Source: a virus
Taxonomy: Duplodnaviria > Caudoviricetes
Direction: 5' to 3' (one strand)
DNA: 64,000 nucleotides
Virus record (IMG/VR): IMGVR_UViG_3300010998_000002
Span: 44,613-108,612 of that record
Shown here piece after piece: positions 59,533-64,000 of the stretch. Under the pieces are notes generated by a model. It was not told where the DNA came from. It was given only the letters and a program-made list of their open reading frames with translations, and did not search any database. The translations under genes and the position numbers were made by a program. Every line of letters begins with the position of its first letter. The stretch's first letter is position 1.

Positions 59533-59847
59533 TGAATCAAAAAGATAAGAAACTAATTAGACAATGGTTGCATAAAATTTGGGTTGAAGATATTGAAAAT
59601 GATAGTCAAGCCGAAGATATAAATGAATTTTTATCATTGATGGCTTGTTTATCTGATTTTGATTATATGCAGGCAGTAGCAGAAGTAAGGGGTGAGCAAT
59701 GACAGCATCTATTATATTACTCTTTATGGTTATGTTTATTTGGTTGGTAGAATAATGGGGGGTATTATACCGGAGTGTATATAAGTGTCTTATTGTTAGT
59801 GTTATTAATAGGGGTGTTAGTGCAATGTTGTTAATAATAATTTAGTA

Positions 59848-60045
59848 AATATATCGTTGGAATGTAATAATGAGTTATGTGGGATAAAAAAATTAGCAAA
59901 AATATCGTTGGAATAATACAAATAATATGATGGGTTAAAAAGATAACAAATATTTCGTTGGAATATGCCCCCTACCCCTTTTGTTAAGATTTGTAACAAA
60001 CCATGACCGGCGGGGGGTTACTTAACAAAACTTTACAAACCCCCT
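59848..60045. repeat. three ~50-bp-spaced repeats plus an inverted repeat around a GC-rich core at the strand switch
   Basis: TCGTTGGAAT at 59854, 59905 and 59955; TTTTGTTAAG / CTTAACAAAA flank CATGACCGGCGGGGGG. Confidence 0.6.
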
Positions 60046-60473
60046 AAACTCAATAATAACAATACTTTACACCGCTTAATATTACTTAATATTTAATATT
60101 ATATATTTATTATATATTTTCTGTATATATTCAGTATATAAAAGAATGGCATGCGGTTCATATCGGCATGTATATGCCTGTTATATATTGATTACTATTA
60201 AAAATATATATTAACTACTATATAAAAGTAATATGATGTTATACTATCCAATAGTAAACAATTTACTATATTTATTTTAGTATAATATAATACTAATTTA
60301 AAAGCGGTTTAAATGTCCGTTAAGGCTTATAAAATAAAAAATAAATAGTTTTATATTATAGAGGTATTAACACACCTTAAACGGCTTGTAAATGCCCTTA
60401 AATTTAATATTTGATTCTGCTATTGTAAAGCCTTGTTATTATTGGCTTAAAATCATAAAATTAAACAAAATAA

Positions 60474-60496
60474 AAAGCGGTTAATAATAACCGCTT
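60474..60496 (-). terminator. intrinsic terminator (AAGCGGT family)
   Basis: AAGCGGTTA / TAACCGCTT; a related copy AAAAGCGGT / ACCGCTTTT lies at about 60775-60798. Confidence 0.7.
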
Positions 60497-60976
60497 GTAA
60501 AATAGTGTAAAGGAGTTTATATATAAAATATTTTAATCACATATTGCATTGGGATTATTTTGCATGTATTGCGTGCAATATTCCACCATGTCATGGTTTA
60601 TTCTCTCAAGTTCTTTAAGTTCAAAATGCCTGTTAATAGCTTTGTAAATGTTTGTAACTGCTACAAATAAAATAATAATAATAAAAAGTTTTTTCATGCT
60701 CATCTCCTATATTTTGTATCACTCTGTTATACTATCATAAATATTTTATTATGTCAAGTATTTTAAGAAAATAAAAAAGCGGTATTTAAACCGCTTTTAA
60801 AATCCATTTATTAACTAATTGCCCATGCTCAATATAATTTGTAAATCCTACTTGCTTATATTTTATTAAATCATTAAAAATTTTGTCAAATTCTTTATAA
60901 TTTACTTTTTTGCCGTCTATATAGCAATCATTTAAAATTTTAGTTAATATAATTTTTTTAGCCATGCCGATTCTCC

Positions 60977-61117
60977 TTAAAATAATTGTAACTTTTTTTG
61001 CTTTTTTATTAGTATGTCCAACACTTGCGACTCATTCATGTTGTTTAATTTTGCTATCATTTCAAGTTTTTTGAGTGCATCATGTGAAATTGTCCGAGTA
61101 ATTTTGATTTTATTCAT
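60977..61117 (-). CDS. small ribbon-helix-helix DNA-binding protein (46 aa)
   Basis: MNKIKITRTISHDALKKLEMIAKLNNMNESQVLDILI fits the RHH pattern; not in the ORF track. Confidence 0.6.
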   Translation of the reverse strand: MNKIKITRTISHDALKKLEMIAKLNNMNESQVLDILIKKQKKLQLF

Positions 61118-61128
61118 GCTTTTATCTC

Positions 61129-61491
61129 TTATGCTACAAAATCAATAAATCTATCTTTTTTGCGGTCATATACAAACATCATAACATTGTTATTATCTGT
61201 TAAAAATAGACTTTTAATTGTGTATCGTTCGTTTATTTCGTAACCTTCAAAATCCATTAAATATAATTCATTATCAGAGATTGAAGCCGAGTTAATAACA
61301 TCGTTTAAATTTTGGTTGTAATAGTCTTTTAAATTGTCCTCATTGTTTTGAGCAATTAGAGTTAATGCACCATAAAGCATTAAATAATCATTGCTTTTAA
61401 GTTCTTTTTTTACTACCTCATAATTTGCCTTAATAGGTTGTAAAGTGTTGTAAAGTCCTTGAATGTCTAATTTGATAAAATGATTTGCCAT
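61129..61491 (-). CDS. hypothetical protein
   Basis: AAGGAG RBS and TTGACA promoter upstream. Confidence 0.65.
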   Translation of the reverse strand: MANHFIKLDIQGLYNTLQPIKANYEVVKKELKSNDYLMLYGALTLIAQNNEDNLKDYYNQNLNDVINSASISDNELYLMDFEGYEINERYTIKSLFLTDNNNVMMFVYDRKKDRFIDFVA

Positions 61492-62563
61492 GTTTGATTC
61501 TCCTTTTTTATTTGTTTTGTACTGCTTACATATACATATTAAACTAAAATTTTTATTTTGTCAAGTGTTTATTTTTAAAATATTAAGAAATGTAAACAAA
61601 AAAATAAAATTTCAAGTTATTACTGAATTACATCAAGTTTTTAGTGGTATAAAATATGTATGTTAATAATATGATTATACATAAAACATACTATTAAAAG
61701 TGGTAAAAAGTACCGCCCCTATTGACTTTTAGCGGTTTATGCTCCATAATAAGCATGTAAAGCAAAATAAAAATATAATATTTTACAGATATACAAAAAT
61801 TAAATTTATATAAAAAAACACTATACTAATTTTAGTAACAAATTATTAAAAATCTGAACATTAAAAACTTAACATTTTTTAACATTGTATATATCATTTT
61901 ATATACTGCCAATAGTATAGAATTTGTATATACAATATATTACTATCGGCAAAAGGCTTGATTTTAAAGGCTTTTATGTGATTTTCATTAAGGGATTAGA
62001 AAAATTGTTAAGTGCATAAGAAATATTAACAAATATTAAGCGGTCAAGGTGTAAATTTCACCTGTCAAGTGTAAATTTTTGTTAAGTTTTGTTAAGGGTT
62101 TTAGGCTACTCAAAAACAATATTAAAAATCAAAAAAAAATAATACTAAAAATCAAAAAATTTAATCTTACTTTATATATTCCTCACATCTATATTACTTT
62201 ATTTTTATACTTGTAATATATTAACTTTTATATATTCCTCACATTATAAGATTCTGCAAATACCAGCCGTAAAGTATATTATAATAAACCTTATACCACT
62301 TAACATACATTATACTAAAATATTCCAACTTTTTGAAAGAATTTAAAAAGTAAATAATCTTGAGTAAATGACATGCCCATATTATAACATTACAATTTAA
62401 TAATCTTAATGAGTGCTTTTTAATATACATGATAAAAAGTAAAATTTTGCAAAAATATAAATCTCAATTTTATATAAAAAACACTATACTAATTTTAGTA
62501 ATTTTTTTGTTAATTATTTTTCACTATTTTTTTACTTTATTTTTAGTATAGTATTTTTAGTAT

Positions 62564-62770
62564 TTAAAACAAATTTACATTTAACATTTCATTTTTTGCC
62601 TGTTGTAATGTTTCACACTCAAAACTAATAAAATTATTTTGAGATGGTTTTCCAAAAGCATAAAAATATTTTCCATTAGTTCTTTGTTCTATCCAACCTA
62701 TAATTTTATTGCCTTCTTTTAATAATTCTCTGTATGCTCCATAATCAGTATTAGATTTTACAAATTTCAT
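62564..62770 (-). CDS. hypothetical protein
   Basis: AGGAG RBS and TTGACA promoter. Confidence 0.6.
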   Translation of the reverse strand: MKFVKSNTDYGAYRELLKEGNKIIGWIEQRTNGKYFYAFGKPSQNNFISFECETLQQAKNEMLNVNLF

Positions 62771-62833
62771 GATTCTATCTCCTATTTATTACTTACATTA
62801 TTAGTATAACTTATTACTACTTATTTGTCAAGT

Positions 62834-63118
62834 TTAAATATTAAATCTGTTACAATTCTTAACTTCTCTAATCCCAATAATATGTGCTATACTGTATTGT
62901 CTTTCTAAATCTTCAATACCAAAAATTTTGCCTGTTTTCTCCGATTCATAATTTTTACTATTTGGTTTTTTATGCCATGTATCAAATTTTACATTTAATA
63001 AAGTTTTATTCATTATATCGTTATTTGCCGTTATCCTTCCGATATTATCCTCTTTAAATTCGCAACGATATTTTAATACATCAGCATTATAAAAATATTC
63101 TACTTCGATTTTATCCAT
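62834..63118 (-). CDS. hypothetical protein
   Basis: AAGGA RBS, 94 aa. Confidence 0.6.
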   Translation of the reverse strand: MDKIEVEYFYNADVLKYRCEFKEDNIGRITANNDIMNKTLLNVKFDTWHKKPNSKNYESEKTGKIFGIEDLERQYSIAHIIGIREVKNCNRFNI

Positions 63119-63121
63119 TTT

Positions 63122-63496
63122 TTATTCCTTTGTCGTTTCGTATTCTCTTAATATTATTTGCTTAACTTCTTCTATTGTAGGAATAGCAAAAAAGTTATTT
63201 TTCTTAAATCTTTCATCTTTTGAAAATGTCCAACTGCCATCCCCTAATTGAATATACGCAAATTTTTGAGTAAAAATATCATATTTAAACGGTTTATCAT
63301 ATGTCCATAATGTCGGATGTATAAAAACATTGCCAGCATTTTTTGTTTTAATAATAAAACTATCCGCCATTGTTTCATATTTTCCGTTAAAATTATTATT
63401 CAAATCATATTTTCTAAATGTGTAAACATCACATTCATAGTTTGATTCTAAAAATTTCTGCATTTCTTTTAAATATTTTTCTTCTTTTGTTGCCAT
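63122..63496 (-). CDS. hypothetical protein
   Basis: AAGGA RBS and TTGACA promoter. Confidence 0.6.
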   Translation of the reverse strand: MATKEEKYLKEMQKFLESNYECDVYTFRKYDLNNNFNGKYETMADSFIIKTKNAGNVFIHPTLWTYDKPFKYDIFTQKFAYIQLGDGSWTFSKDERFKKNNFFAIPTIEEVKQIILREYETTKE

Positions 63497-63592
63497 GTTA
63501 TCCTTCTTTCTTTGTTTTATTGTTTTCTATACTTTAATTATAAACTATAAAATAGTATATGTCAATACTACAAATTAAAAAGTTTACAAAAC

Positions 63593-63778
63593 TTAATGTT
63601 TTAATTCCTCGTACTTATCAAAGCCGATAAGTTGAGTTTTAACCGCTCCATGCTCATCTGCCAGCACATTAACGGTATATTTATTATTATTACATTCTAT
63701 AATGATTTCTAATTTATCATTTATAATTAAATGTTGTTTATCGTTATTATCTAATACAATATATAAACTTTTTAGCAT
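63593..63778 (-). CDS. hypothetical protein
   Basis: AGGAG RBS, 61 aa. Confidence 0.55.
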   Translation of the reverse strand: MLKSLYIVLDNNDKQHLIINDKLEIIIECNNNKYTVNVLADEHGAVKTQLIGFDKYEELKH

Positions 63779-64000
63779 GACTTTCTCCTATTCGTTACAA
63801 TCTATTTGTATATAATTATTTGTTATATGCTCAATAGGTGAGTATAACTCATATACACCGCTTTTAACATCTATATAATAACCATAATCACATGGTACTA
63901 TTGCATTGATTCCTAAAATTAAACTTAATAACATTGTTAGCATCGGTTTATATCTCCATAATATATTCTAAATTCAAATTCCATTCATCATCCTTAAAAA

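Noticed and set aside
59848-59970. Mini CRISPR array
   Set aside because: The conserved core is only about 10 bp and the intervening sequences resemble each other, so it is a degenerate tandem repeat.
1-64000. Integrase, repressor or att site (prophage evidence)
   Set aside because: None was recognised and there are no host housekeeping flanks; lifestyle cannot be settled from a partial genome.

Overview
This window is a 64 kb slice of a very AT-rich tailed phage genome with a contractile tail (sheath, tube, baseplate). No integrase, tRNA, rRNA or CRISPR array is visible. Layout: (1) 1-10.2 kb, leftward replication genes: partial DnaE, HAD phosphatase, metallophosphoesterase, SLOG protein, UvrD-like helicase, dNMP kinase, RuvC-like resolvase, DnaB, SSB-like protein. 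(2) 10.8-16.7 kb, rightward tdk, dnaG, thyX and PD-(D/E)XK nucleases, with a ~480 nt ORF-free, hairpin-rich RNA candidate closed by a perfect 25-bp stem and preceded by a promoter and a boxA-like motif. (3) 16.9-46.9 kb, a leftward morphogenesis and lysis block from terminase to holin. It contains a diversity-generating retroelement (DGR): CLec-type target gene with VR, TR and RT. All 18 TR/VR differences are at TR adenines. There is no avd gene; a structured non-coding region and a small ORF overlapping the RT end are present instead. (4) 47.5-59.8 kb, rightward HU-like proteins, host-like membrane proteins, many small hypotheticals and three DNA methyltransferases that each carry a G6 tract (two are out of frame there). 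(5) 60-64 kb, leftward small early-type genes and long non-coding repeats. From remembered protein patterns only, the host may be Candidatus Gastranaerophilales (Melainabacteria). Several homopolymer frameshifts, including one in the baseplate spike, suggest some assembly indel errors. All product calls come from motif recognition; no searches were run.
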